The notes under the pieces: generated by a model | Databases searched by the model: none | Told to the model about the DNA's origin: nothing | The model's input: only the letters and a program-made list of their open reading frames with translations | Virus record (IMG/VR): IMGVR_UViG_3300023184_000079 | Location: 1 to 64,000 of that record | DNA length: 64,000 nucleotides | Strand: one strand, 5' to 3' | Origin: a virus | Part shown: positions 31,101 to 39,706 of the stretch, one piece after another | Position numbering within the stretch: the first letter of the stretch is position 1 | Layout of the letters: every line of letters starts with the position of its first letter | Made by a program: the position numbers and the translations under genes

Positions 31101-32777
31101 CTCTTCAAGTTCTTTATCACCGCCCTCTTGATCGTCGCGAAGGAGGGGCATAATAAATCTTCCATATGCGTACTTGCCCTTTGCATTTAGATCTCTTAAT
31201 GTCTCCCAATAATCTTCCCATGACATCGGCTCAAGAAGGTTTGTCTCGCCATTCTCTCTGACTCTTTCTTTTGAATTCTCATATTGGTCGTGATCTCCAG
31301 AAAGAAAATCTTCATAAAATTTAGATTTTCTTTCGCCAATGGCTTCTTCCGACGTGTCTACCCCAAGATATGCAAAAATATCTCTGAGCGCAAAGGCAGT
31401 CGGGTATGTTGGAATTCCATTTTTCCAAGAGTGCATGGCTGAAAGAACATATGAGCCCGGATCATTCATAATGGTAAACGTTGCTTGTGGAACTCCTTTG
31501 AGACGTACAGAGAAATCTCTGCTTATACCCTGATCGTGAGCGCGCTCGTAGTAGCCATGGCCGCCCCCAATACAATGGTCTAGAACCGCGCCCTCATTGG
31601 CGTAGTCGTCTTGCGTTTCCAGTTCGTAGAACTCCCAAGCGTCTGGTCTATTCTTATCCGGATCCACGCTTGGCACACCTTCTATCAAGCGCCCACCGAG
31701 ACCGAAGTTTCTTGCGACAAAAGCCGTATTTGTGCTGCGCATGTTTTTCATTATGATTTTGGAGGCAACTGCAAGAACGGCAGCCGGAGTTTTGGCTTCA
31801 TTAGCAAAGCGAATGGCAGGTCCTAGTACGTCGCGGTTATCATATGGAATCTGTTCAGTTTCAAAATAATGTTTGGAATCGCCGTTTAAAAATGTATAGG
31901 GATTTGTTTTTAAATTTTGAACCAGTTCGCTATCAAGTTTGACGAAATCATAACTGTCAGTAACTTTCCTCTTTGAAAAAACATCCCAAGCCACTATTGC
32001 TTCCTTCATCTTCCTCAAGTCTTGGGCGCTTGTTGCGGCTCTGTACATTAAATTAATAATGTCTGAAAAATAGTTTTTGTCTTCCATCATTTGCTTAAAA
32101 AGCAAATCAAAGAACTTCATAATTGCTCTATATCCACCGTCTGAATTTGGATCCATCGGATCATATATCTTATAGAATCCATTTTTTAGCCTTTCTCGCG
32201 TCTGTCCTGTCGATTGAATTATTCCTTGCGGACCAACGTCACTATCGTTTAGAAGCCACGGAATTTGCAGGGGGAAAATGGTAAATTTGTCAAGACAGGT
32301 CGTGAGGTTATCAATAAACTCCAGATACGTTTTTTCCGCTGATAAGTCATCAGAGATTAACCATTTCAAAGAATTTTGCTTTAAATCTTGATTAACCATT
32401 TCAAAGAATTTTGCTTTAAATCTTTTTGTTGAGGCGTTTGCAATTATTTTTTCAAATGCCTGCTCTATACTCAGTATTGTTGCATCAGCCTCTACGATGA
32501 AAGATGCCGTGCGGGACAAGTAATCATAGACGACATCTGCGATGGCGTTACGGTCGCCGCTAGCGTCCTCAAACTTGACGTATCCGCCGGGGGTGATCTC
32601 TCCCTTGGCAAACAATCCTTGTGAGGAGTGGGGCAGGTATCCCGATGCCATGAGATTGACCTCGGTTCTCAACTCCGGCATGCCCTCTTCCAGAAGAGCG
32701 AAGTGCGGATTATCCCCAATGTTTACATACGGCGCTTCGCCGTCAAAGGGAATAAATGCTATCCAATTCTTCGACAT
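28143..32777 (-). CDS. 1544-aa protein with PcfJ-like motif and C-terminal DnaJ-type zinc-finger repeats
   Basis: YELETQDDYANEGAVLDHCIG; many CxxCxGxG repeats at the C-terminus. Confidence 0.7.
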   Translation of the reverse strand: MSKNWIAFIPFDGEAPYVNIGDNPHFALLEEGMPELRTEVNLMASGYLPHSSQGLFAKGEITPGGYVKFEDASGDRNAIADVVYDYLSRTASFIVEADATILSIEQAFEKIIANASTKRFKAKFFEMVNQDLKQNSLKWLISDDLSAEKTYLEFIDNLTTCLDKFTIFPLQIPWLLNDSDVGPQGIIQSTGQTRERLKNGFYKIYDPMDPNSDGGYRAIMKFFDLLFKQMMEDKNYFSDIINLMYRAATSAQDLRKMKEAIVAWDVFSKRKVTDSYDFVKLDSELVQNLKTNPYTFLNGDSKHYFETEQIPYDNRDVLGPAIRFANEAKTPAAVLAVASKIIMKNMRSTNTAFVARNFGLGGRLIEGVPSVDPDKNRPDAWEFYELETQDDYANEGAVLDHCIGGGHGYYERAHDQGISRDFSVRLKGVPQATFTIMNDPGSYVLSAMHSWKNGIPTYPTAFALRDIFAYLGVDTSEEAIGERKSKFYEDFLSGDHDQYENSKERVRENGETNLLEPMSWEDYWETLRDLNAKGKYAYGRFIMPLLRDDQEGGDKELEEYMNTYSPEEVLQGIRWSKENNTEHVDPDFGPMRENRKLIQASSISEKNTSNIFINLIDIYLNKDALRGGGMGRQIRRANEMQRRVVEYASLSSEAFEGSRRRAEQAKGFKAALGISGKKMFDSELRTDIVVNVAEFFEEETLLTRIEDEIYEEALENASRWAEYPDDYRSMVAEIIGLVGLDIGSKNRYHDVIILLITFFFREGKNYYRIEQGEEIGNIKTLSAKAKEGVRYWSKDLQMKGVGDAFRDGDSFCSEVFGNNRAAEEPFNEIIDLISERLARGREDTKKDTMGDDFYDQVGAKNAAYYYVIMSYLNTSVDPAIDLGSKPNVGVGLRSIVANSTRPNETIQKMVEFLLDESVSSNDLLDAIASQSYATENAIDDTRQCLRDLDISFTQWRRSFAEDPGVGAYLFYQNFYSNYETFKNIFSAQQFNLIQQDINGNNAEVELEDGGVLDRADPRAVDNAKQKYFNRIYQKVKEDHSIYIEDKQLPLFQEIERPDWWVVNDNGNGEKTPVFINNEVYNYPSLSPSTTLQQIQRAAEITFIKIIYDIAEIVAETSSDPGWLRNVIEREDWKRLYNTLGMELYHLDNENPEVLSDYFKCTTDGLLGEENEYRKFQMILEFARGKIDDNLLDMWSKTFDAKTPFVYFNDVDTLAQIANPTNLVPAKYNGFTNDLIVAVNSDILAYAGSFAATDKGTDQRRMKNLLKSFGIISEYFEEGYRQGLEILWHNASLRKNFPAVGYVEEYAAWVQIAMRNNASDMLALGMDDGARDGTHAVSQMDLAESLSTLSRMKLEPPDATESEITDPTIGGKNLAIMRFNNGYFRIMDLTQADAETGSNDEVALKMCDTCSGYGLSEYSDFSKICEICNGHGLVTDNTCSNCKGNGEVNIKCPKCDGTEKLKCDGCDMAVTDRRRPGMYIGSGKAQCGYCDGDGHVDGLPCESCEATGRVTCGLCNGHGQTTCYDCDSDGRVTAKCDVCDGEGVV

Positions 32778-32809
32778 GTCTATTATTTATGTTGCGCAAA
32801 AGAAGAATT

Positions 32810-33445
32810 CTATGGGGTAAAATTAATGCCGCTGTTCCAAATAAAATGGCTAGCCTTTTCCCAAAGTCGATCCTTTTGCTCCATGGACAGGCTGCCGTAT
32901 CTCGGGTCATCATACATGTCTTTGACCTGCTTGATTAATTGTGAGCAATGATTATAAAATTCAATTTGCGCCTGCTTGTCCGGTTCTTGATTTGGCTGTC
33001 CCGCCCCCGGAAACTGGATAAGGTCGCCTGCGGTTTTGACCGCTTCTTTTTTCTTTTTTTTATTCACGGATTCAAGTGATTCATTTTCTAAGAGAATCTT
33101 GGCCCAGTCTGGTTGTCCGGGTTTATTTTCGCCCACGGGATAGCGTGGAAAATACAGATCTGACCCGACCTCGCCGCGCGGTTTTTTCTTTTCTTTTTTC
33201 TTACCTGATTGTTTGTCGTCAAATTTGACAGACCACACCTCATGCGATCCACAATCGGGACAAGTAGGTGGTATATCGAAGACATCATAGCCGCCTCGTT
33301 TTCCGCAGCCATAACATTCCATAGTGTTCCACAATTCGGATCGAAGACCGTCTTCAACTTCGTCCCAACTAAAATTACCTTTCTCGTCAACAGACTTTTT
33401 GAACCACTTCCAACGCTCGTTTGCTGTTTCAAATTTAAATGCCAT
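32810..33445 (-). CDS. Leader-family protein (MAFKFETANERWKWF) with zinc ribbon
   Basis: Shared leader; CYGC...CPDC. Confidence 0.75.
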   Translation of the reverse strand: MAFKFETANERWKWFKKSVDEKGNFSWDEVEDGLRSELWNTMECYGCGKRGGYDVFDIPPTCPDCGSHEVWSVKFDDKQSGKKKEKKKPRGEVGSDLYFPRYPVGENKPGQPDWAKILLENESLESVNKKKKKEAVKTAGDLIQFPGAGQPNQEPDKQAQIEFYNHCSQLIKQVKDMYDDPRYGSLSMEQKDRLWEKASHFIWNSGINFTP

Positions 33446-33449
33446 TGTT

Positions 33450-33959
33450 TCACATTCCTAAATGATCAAAAAACTTTTTTTCTTTGCTCTGTTCTTTGTT
33501 CCTAAGATCATGGACTCGCCATCGATGTTTTGATTCGTCGAATTCCAAGTTGTCAAATCTGGTTTTCCATTGTTCTCCGACGAGGGTTGGGTCCATAAAA
33601 CCGGAATTTGCATAAGTCTTTTGCATGTCGTCAAAGATATAGTTCCAGTCTATTTTTCTTTCGTCTATAAATCCAGAGTTGTCATAGAAATCTTGAAGTA
33701 TTTTATTATTGTATGGGCCTAGCCATTTTCCAATAACATACTCTGCCAATCTCTGCGGCCCCGCGCCATCCGCCCCCATGCCTTTTCTTACGACACCCCA
33801 AGCGTCTTGGATACTGTTGTTGTTGTTGTTATTCATCTCTGTTCGGACTTGTTGTGTTTCGTAATTTGGAGCATCTTGATACGGAGCGTCTTGATCAAAA
33901 AGGCGACCAGAGAGATACCACTTCCAACGCTCGTTCGCTGTTTCAAATTTAATCGCCAT
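33450..33959 (-). CDS. Leader-family protein (MAIKFETANERWKWY)
   Basis: Start placed at the leader Met. Confidence 0.75.
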   Translation of the reverse strand: MAIKFETANERWKWYLSGRLFDQDAPYQDAPNYETQQVRTEMNNNNNNSIQDAWGVVRKGMGADGAGPQRLAEYVIGKWLGPYNNKILQDFYDNSGFIDERKIDWNYIFDDMQKTYANSGFMDPTLVGEQWKTRFDNLEFDESKHRWRVHDLRNKEQSKEKKFFDHLGM

Positions 33960-34488
33960 TTTTAAATTCAACCTGAACATTTCTCATCCTGTTAAAGACA
34001 ACAGTCATATATAGGAAATCATAAACAAGTTTAAAAAAATCATTTGCATTCATATCATTGATATAAACATCTGGATCAGAGATAACCGCTTGAGCCACCA
34101 TTTTGATATGTTCGGAAATTTCTAAAAGGGTTTGTTTTGCCTCGTCGGCCCATTTAGATTCACTCATCGGCCCTAAAAGTACCCAGTCCTTGTCTTCAGG
34201 CTCCCATCTCTTGAGCACCTCAACAAGACCAAGCGCAGCATCATAAATAGTTTCGGCAGTTTCTGGAACTAAATCAATAGGGTCTCTTCCCTGAGCAAGA
34301 AGGGGGGACAGAAATTCATTATTGATATCGGTTAGCAAAGGTTGAATTCGGACAGCCTGATCAACATACTCTAGATCTTTGTCTACCCGATCCCATGATC
34401 CGTCGGTGGCTGGTTCATCCTGCCAATCGGACTGCTTACGATTGAACCACTTCCAACGCTCGTTTGCTGTTTCAAATTTAAATGCCAT
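33949..34488 (-). CDS. Leader-family protein (MAFKFETANERWKWF)
   Basis: Start placed at the leader Met. Confidence 0.75.
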   Translation of the reverse strand: MAFKFETANERWKWFNRKQSDWQDEPATDGSWDRVDKDLEYVDQAVRIQPLLTDINNEFLSPLLAQGRDPIDLVPETAETIYDAALGLVEVLKRWEPEDKDWVLLGPMSESKWADEAKQTLLEISEHIKMVAQAVISDPDVYINDMNANDFFKLVYDFLYMTVVFNRMRNVQVEFKNGD

Positions 34489-35026
34489 TGTTCTGTTCTT
34501 CCCATCTTCTGTTTTCTTCAATGCGGCCGACAATGGAATCATAAATTTCTTGCCAATTCACTTTGGAGTCTTGAATTATGTGATCATTCATATCTGTTGG
34601 CTGCGGTTCTCCAAACAATCCATACGCTATGTTTCTCATTCTTTCAACATATTGCGTGCGAGCCTCGGGATCATTTGGATGACGCTCTTGTGCCCGCGCC
34701 ATCCAGTCCTCTACGTCTCTCTCTCTCATGGCCGCTACTTCCTCTTCGTCGGTCCAATTCTGAGCCTCATCCATCAAGTTCTTATTGTAAGGACTTATAA
34801 TGTTTTGCAGAGCCCAGTCGGATAGTTGCTGAACGGATCCACCGCGCTCAACGAGTTTGTAAGCATACGAAGACGTTTCTTCTTCGTTGTCAATTATTAA
34901 AGCAGTGTTCCAAGTGTCCCAGTTTGTCCAGCCATTATAGTTGTCCGCAGAAGGATCCATTGGGTCAATGACACTTTGCTTGTACCAGTCCCAACGTTCG
35001 TTTGCTGTTTCAAATCTAAATGCCAT
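34478..35026 (-). CDS. Leader-family protein (MAFRFETANERWDWY) with YNGWTNWDTW motif
   Basis: Shared leader. Confidence 0.75.
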   Translation of the reverse strand: MAFRFETANERWDWYKQSVIDPMDPSADNYNGWTNWDTWNTALIIDNEEETSSYAYKLVERGGSVQQLSDWALQNIISPYNKNLMDEAQNWTDEEEVAAMRERDVEDWMARAQERHPNDPEARTQYVERMRNIAYGLFGEPQPTDMNDHIIQDSKVNWQEIYDSIVGRIEENRRWEEQNNGI

Positions 35027-35053
35027 TGTAACTATTACCTTGCGCTTGGGGCA

Positions 35054-35617
35054 CTAAGGAAGCGTCCTTAAAACGCGCGCGATGTCTTCATGCTGACGAC
35101 CAATCGTCTTAGCAGATTGATTAAACCAATCTTTCAACTGTGCGATTGAGTTTATTGCGTCTTCATTTGGAAGCGCCTGCTGTTCTTCAATGGCGAGAAC
35201 TGCATTGCCGACGAGATAGGACATCTGGCCGATGGCATCAAGAATATTCTTTCTAAAGTCTGCCTCTGCCTTATTTGTCGGAATCCAGACATTTATGATT
35301 TCCTTGTAGCCGCTTTCAAATATTGCCGATTCGGCCTGCTTCAAGTAATTCAGATATTTTTCGATATGGCTTCGGATTTCGCCGCCCGTGTAATCGTCCA
35401 ACAATTCTTCAAAGGCAGCGTCACTATAGTCTTCAAGGGCGTGGTTGTTCCCTCCCGCTAGGCTCCATGACAAATCGAACAATTGGTCAAGAGCCGCAAG
35501 TTTTTCCTCCAGACGAATTCTTTGTTCGCTGGCGTCCGCAGAAGGATCCATTGGGTCAATGACACTTTGCTTGTACCATTTCCATCGTTCATTTGCTGTT
35601 TCAAAACGAAATGCCAT
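35054..35617 (-). CDS. Leader-family protein (MAFRFETANERWKWY)
   Basis: Shared leader; first 28 aa nearly identical to 34478-35026. Confidence 0.75.
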   Translation of the reverse strand: MAFRFETANERWKWYKQSVIDPMDPSADASEQRIRLEEKLAALDQLFDLSWSLAGGNNHALEDYSDAAFEELLDDYTGGEIRSHIEKYLNYLKQAESAIFESGYKEIINVWIPTNKAEADFRKNILDAIGQMSYLVGNAVLAIEEQQALPNEDAINSIAQLKDWFNQSAKTIGRQHEDIARVLRTLP

Positions 35618-35701
35618 TGCATCTATTACTATACGCTTAGGCTATGAAGAAGGTAGTCATAGCCATTTCCTTCTAATAGTTTTACTAATTATATTTTTGT
35701 T

Positions 35702-35743
35702 TAGACCAAAAAGAAAGAGCCGCCCCCGAAGGGACGGCTCTGA
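35702..35743 (-). terminator. Terminator, identical to 11973-12014
   Basis: 42-nt exact repeat; TTCG-loop hairpin plus T tract. Confidence 0.85.
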
Positions 35744-35814
35744 GAGAGGGGTGGGGGTTCTGCGACGTAGCAAGAAGAACCCCCATATGAGGATGGATGG
35801 TGGAGAGAAAATCT

Positions 35815-36147
35815 CTAGGAGTTCATCTGCTTCTGCATCTCCAGCAGGCGCTGGATCTTGCTAGCAACCGACCCGCCAGAGCGAACCGGTGTGAACCCAC
35901 AAGCCTTCTGGTATTCGCTGAAGTTGCCAAAGACCTTGATGATCGTTGCACCGTGCGGCCAGCAAATGTCCTGCTGGAAACGGTTGATCAACGACTCCTT
36001 GTCGGAACGCTTTGACCTTGCAGCGTAGGCGGGGAAGAAGTGCGCCTGCGTCGGAACCTCGCCGTACTTCTGGTGATACATCTGACCGGCAAGAATGCAG
36101 TTCTCGCGCGTCCAAGTTGTATCGTCGTTCGTGATCTTGCTAGCCAT
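35815..36147 (-). CDS. Homing-endonuclease-associated-repeat-like DNA-binding protein
   Basis: WTRE...YGEVPT...WP...IIKVFGNFSEYQKACG pattern. Confidence 0.5.
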   Translation of the reverse strand: MASKITNDDTTWTRENCILAGQMYHQKYGEVPTQAHFFPAYAARSKRSDKESLINRFQQDICWPHGATIIKVFGNFSEYQKACGFTPVRSGGSVASKIQRLLEMQKQMNS

Positions 36148-36148
36148 T

Positions 36149-36397
36149 TCAGTTTCCTTTTCGATTGGCTTTGATGGACTGCTTACCCATTGTATGGGAG
36201 TTTGCATTGAGAGTCAAACGACCCTCTATTTCCTTCCGATTGTTGAGTAACCAACGATGATCGGAAGGAGAATTCGGAACGGTTCCGACAAGCGCCTCGC
36301 CCTCATCATAAATTTTCCAATGAGAAGAGCGAGAACGCTTGACGGTAAGACCGTTCTTTTCCAGAAATCGAAGATATTTCCGGACTTCCTTGTCCAT
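36149..36397 (-). CDS. HicA-like protein
   Basis: LEKNGLTVKRSRSSHWKIY...TVPNSPSDHR. Confidence 0.6.
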   Translation of the reverse strand: MDKEVRKYLRFLEKNGLTVKRSRSSHWKIYDEGEALVGTVPNSPSDHRWLLNNRKEIEGRLTLNANSHTMGKQSIKANRKGN

Positions 36398-36805
36398 CTA
36401 GAAGCAGTTCTTGATCTGGTCAAGCCGATTGCGAAGATCGCCATTCTCGTTGCGGAGAGTGGTGTTCTCGTTGCGGAGGGTAACGACCTCGCGCTCCATG
36501 GACTCAATCGCACCGGCCAGCGAAGGAATCTGCGCCTGAGCAGCAACCTCGGCAGGCTTCTGCGGTTGCGGCTTGGTAGTTGGCTTGATCGGCTGCACAG
36601 TCGTAGCGGCCTGAATCTTCGCCGTGGCGTAGTACGCGGCCTGCACCGATCCGTGCGTCTTGTTGCGAACCTTAGCGACCACACGAATCGCAGCGGCTGT
36701 AGAACAGCCTTCCTTGCTCTTGATGCTCTGAACGGCTTTGAAGTCGCTCATCTGCTGGCCGCGTGGGCGGCGAGTGGAAGGGGTGGTGGTGGTGGTGCCA
36801 GTCAT
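36398..36805 (-). CDS. Hypothetical protein with C-terminal coiled coil
   Basis: AAGGAG SD; heptad repeats. Confidence 0.65.
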   Translation of the reverse strand: MTGTTTTTPSTRRPRGQQMSDFKAVQSIKSKEGCSTAAAIRVVAKVRNKTHGSVQAAYYATAKIQAATTVQPIKPTTKPQPQKPAEVAAQAQIPSLAGAIESMEREVVTLRNENTTLRNENGDLRNRLDQIKNCF

Positions 36806-36836
36806 TTAGACTCCTTTGGCTCCGGGGTGTAATTGG

Positions 36837-36912
36837 ATTATGCACGAACCGTCTGTCGGTGTCAAGCACCAACCGACAATCGGATTGTAGACACATCCCA
36901 ACGACATGTCAA
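36837..36912 (-). promoter_or_regulatory. Tandem SigA/sigma70-type promoters
   Basis: TTGACA-17-TACAAT (36912-36884) and TTGACA-17-CATAAT (36865-36837). Confidence 0.65.
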
Positions 36913-37304
36913 GTTGCTTGATTTTTTTGTTGCGCTCGCTTATCAGCACTGTAATGAGCGTTGCAAAATCCCTTACTGTGGTGGACTTTATCGCAGTCTT
37001 CAATACTGCAATTTTTATCATTCTCTTTCTTCTCGACAGTAGCAACCTTGCCGCATTCGGCAAAAGCCTGATCGTCGTCGTACTCGGGATAGAAATCAAT
37101 AATTGAACGACTACCCTCTGTAGAAATCATTTTATCCAAGGCATTAAAATTTATCTTCGTACGTCGTCCAGACATAAAATCACTAAGACTCTTTGCCGAA
37201 ACTCCGCACCGCTCTGCAAAAGCCCCTGCCGTCTCTTTCTCGCAGCACTCCTTGATCCAAGGGATCAGTGGCGCTACGGGAAGGACTCGGGGAAGTTTCA
37301 TCAT
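36909..37304 (-). CDS. XRE-type HTH plus zinc-finger protein
   Basis: AFAERCGVSAKSLSDFMSG HTH; CSIEDC...GFCNAHY. Confidence 0.6.
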   Translation of the reverse strand: MMKLPRVLPVAPLIPWIKECCEKETAGAFAERCGVSAKSLSDFMSGRRTKINFNALDKMISTEGSRSIIDFYPEYDDDQAFAECGKVATVEKKENDKNCSIEDCDKVHHSKGFCNAHYSADKRAQQKNQAT

Positions 37305-37359
37305 ACATCTCTCCTTTGAAAGTAAACAAACCCTAGTCGGACACCTTTGGCGATGTCAA

Positions 37360-37836
37360 CTACGAGTCAGTTGATACCAACTTGTTTTTCTTATGAACCT
37401 CACGATGATGTGTGGCGCAGAGCCACACGATGTCGAACGGCTTGCTATAGTCCTCATGGTGCGCATGTACGTTTTCGTTAGTGCCGCACACTTCGCAGTC
37501 TTTACGCTCTAGACGACCACGGCGAATAGCGCCGCGCGTCTTCTCCCGCGCCTGTATCTTTAGGTAGCGGTCTTTATCATGCCGTCGTTTTCGGTCGGCG
37601 GCGCTACGGAGTTCCCTCGCGTCTGGACGCTGGCTGTACTCCTTCTTGTATTCTCTCACCTTTTCTCTATTTGTTTCTTTCCAATTTCTGGAGCAGGCGA
37701 GAATGCGATCCTTATTCTCTTCATAATAAGCGGCCGTCTTTTCTTTATTCTTTTTGCGCCAATTTTCAGCCTTGATGCGATTCTTGCATCGTTTGCATTT
37801 ATCGCATTTACAACCGACTGGTGTATCAAATGCCAT
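37360..37836 (-). CDS. HNH endonuclease-like protein
   Basis: CEVCG...HAHHEDYSKPFDIVWLCATHHREVH. Confidence 0.75.
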   Translation of the reverse strand: MAFDTPVGCKCDKCKRCKNRIKAENWRKKNKEKTAAYYEENKDRILACSRNWKETNREKVREYKKEYSQRPDARELRSAADRKRRHDKDRYLKIQAREKTRGAIRRGRLERKDCEVCGTNENVHAHHEDYSKPFDIVWLCATHHREVHKKNKLVSTDS

Positions 37837-37855
37837 ATCCCTCTCCTTTAGTTAG

Positions 37856-37928
37856 TCCGCGAGGCTGGGATCGAACCAGCGACCATTCGCTTAGAAGGCG
37901 AAGACTCTATCCACTGAGTTACTCGCGG
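37856..37928 (-). tRNA. tRNA-Arg(TCT)
   Basis: Canonical cloverleaf: CCGCGAG/CTCGCGG acceptor, TTCGC-CTTCTAA-GCGAA anticodon arm, GCTGG-TTCGATC-CCAGC T arm; no encoded CCA. Confidence 0.92.
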
Positions 37929-38113
37929 GTACTTTTGGGCGGTCGCCCACGACGTTTCTTCTGCTCTGGATAGCGCCATACCAGAACAGTATCAGACAGC
38001 CACTCGCCTGTAATGCCCAACTTCGCAAGTCCCTTCTCGGTTCTTTTGATCTCGGCCTCATCTTTGTCGCGCACAGCGATAGCGTGCTGCATCTTGAGTT
38101 GAGTCTCTGTCAT
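37919..38113 (-). CDS. Small hypothetical protein with AT-hook-like RRGRPPK
   Basis: 64 aa, coupled to the upstream gene; its 3' end overlaps the tRNA. Confidence 0.5.
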   Translation of the reverse strand: MTETQLKMQHAIAVRDKDEAEIKRTEKGLAKLGITGEWLSDTVLVWRYPEQKKRRGRPPKSTRE

Positions 38114-38352
38114 GGCATTGGAGGAGCGTCAGGTATTTCTTCCAAATAGACCTTGTTGAGATGTCTCTCAATATGAGGGAGCGCTGCATACAGAACCTCT
38201 CGGACGACGCAAGTCTCACACCCACAGAATGGAGCGCAGGCATCGTCGTCGCATTCTTCTTCACCATCATCCATAAGAACACTAAAGCATTTGTTTAAAT
38301 GATCCAACGCAACTTTATGTGCTTCGGCCCAGTAATTCGTATTATCAATCAT
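38110..38352 (-). CDS. Hypothetical protein
   Basis: PFCGCETCVVRE motif. Confidence 0.6.
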   Translation of the reverse strand: MIDNTNYWAEAHKVALDHLNKCFSVLMDDGEEECDDDACAPFCGCETCVVREVLYAALPHIERHLNKVYLEEIPDAPPMP

Positions 38353-38504
38353 TAGCGCGGCGGCTTATCAAGAGCAAGAAAAATAATGGCAACAAAAAGA
38401 AGAGCGCCAAAAGTGCGCAACTGCTCAGTGGTGAGGAATGTGGTGAGCATGTGTGTTGTTTGTTGTTTGCGATGTCTGCAAGATAAATGTCAGAAGTGTA
38501 ATCA

Positions 38505-38747
38505 TCATCCATTTTTTTCTACCATAGACGGCCATTGCAAAATATCGGGACGCAACGTATTGATGACATGAATGAATCGCTCATTCGACTCGTCTCTGCC
38601 AAAGTGCATATACATTGGGTAAAAACCATTTATGCCGATTTCAACAATCTTTGTTCCGTCTTTGTTTTCAATGAAGTTGACCTCCCAGCCATCCTCCATG
38701 TCCATACTGAACGAAGTTTTTGTCTTACTCTTTTCCACTTGAACCAA
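38505..38747 (-). CDS. Hypothetical protein (start uncertain)
   Basis: ORF in operon after dUTPase. Confidence 0.5.
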   Translation of the reverse strand: MVQVEKSKTKTSFSMDMEDGWEVNFIENKDGTKIVEIGINGFYPMYMHFGRDESNERFIHVINTLRPDILQWPSMVEKNG

Positions 38748-39180
38748 ATCCTTTCTCTCCCCGATCTGACTCGGAGAGTTCGTTTACTTCATTCAAATAC
38801 ACAATGTAATTTGGAATGAACACAATTTGCGCAATTCGTTCTGCCGGAAGAATAGAGTAAACGGAATCGCTAAGGTTCTGAAGGATGATCTTTATCTCTC
38901 CACGATAGCCCGTATCAATGAGACCGGGAGCATTGAGAACAAAAATCTGATCAACCGCCAGACCAGAACGAGACAGGATAGCGGCGTGGTGACTTGTCAG
39001 CCCTTGGGACATATCCAGAGCGATGCCTGTGCCGACAAGGGCATTCTTCCCCGGAGAGATATCTACTCCTTCATCCGCATAAAGATCAAAGGCTGCATCG
39101 GTCTTGTGTGCCTTCTTAGGGGCTACTGCCGTTTTGGTAAGCCGTCGATAACTTACCGTAGGATAATCAGAAGAAAACAT
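38725..39180 (-). CDS. dut: dUTPase
   Basis: Motifs AAFDL, SRSGLA, GLIDTGYRGEI, RIAQ, RGEKGFGSSG. Confidence 0.95.
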   Translation of the reverse strand: MFSSDYPTVSYRRLTKTAVAPKKAHKTDAAFDLYADEGVDISPGKNALVGTGIALDMSQGLTSHHAAILSRSGLAVDQIFVLNAPGLIDTGYRGEIKIILQNLSDSVYSILPAERIAQIVFIPNYIVYLNEVNELSESDRGEKGFGSSGKE

Positions 39181-39188
39181 TTTGACAT

Positions 39189-39564
39189 CTACTTCCTCTT
39201 TGTTACCAGAATAAGTTTTGGATACATTGTATTGTCCAGAGAGGGTATAGACTTTACTTCCATTACTCTGTTTTTGTGTTTATTGTTGTAGTAGGCTACT
39301 TGACTGTAAAGATTATCAAGTTTCTTACTGAACTTATTACAACACTTCTTAGTAAGAAGATTTCTTTTTTTTGCGTTAGCCATTTTGGATTTCCAATACT
39401 TTTATAGAACAATTAAACTTTTCAAAATTATTAATCATATTCATCAAATCTGAATAACAAGAATTTTTATCAATAGTTATTGTATATTCTTCAGATGAAT
39501 AAAAGAACCAAAGGGTTTTCCAATTCTTCTTTGGTGCAGTAGTTATCTTCAGTTGATAACTCAA
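39189..39564 (-). CDS. Two small AT-rich hypothetical genes (39376-39564, 39189-39383)
   Basis: Overlapping coupled ORFs; markedly AT-rich. Confidence 0.4.
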
Positions 39565-39592
39565 ACTTTCACCTTTTCCCTTCTATCAAAAC

Positions 39593-39699
39593 CCCCGGTG
39601 TCCCACCCGGCTGTTTCGGTCAGCCTGCTACCCAACGTGTCGCGCTCCCACGTCTAGACCCGACCCTCTGACGGTCTACGACCCGAGTGCGAACCGGGG
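39593..39699 (-). ncRNA. Candidate structured ncRNA
   Basis: Own promoter; closing stem CCCCGGT/ACCGGGG and three internal hairpins. Confidence 0.55.
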
Positions 39700-39706
39700 A
39701 AGTAGT

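Noticed and set aside
35027-35056. Second amber readthrough joining 35054-35617 to 34478-35026
   Set aside because: In frame and open, but only 9 codons (plausible by chance), and the gap holds the downstream gene's own TAATAG-N5-ATG signal.
33404-35617. Diversity-generating retroelement TR/VR pair
   Set aside because: The repeats are at gene 5' ends, differences are not adenine-specific, and there is no reverse transcriptase in the window.
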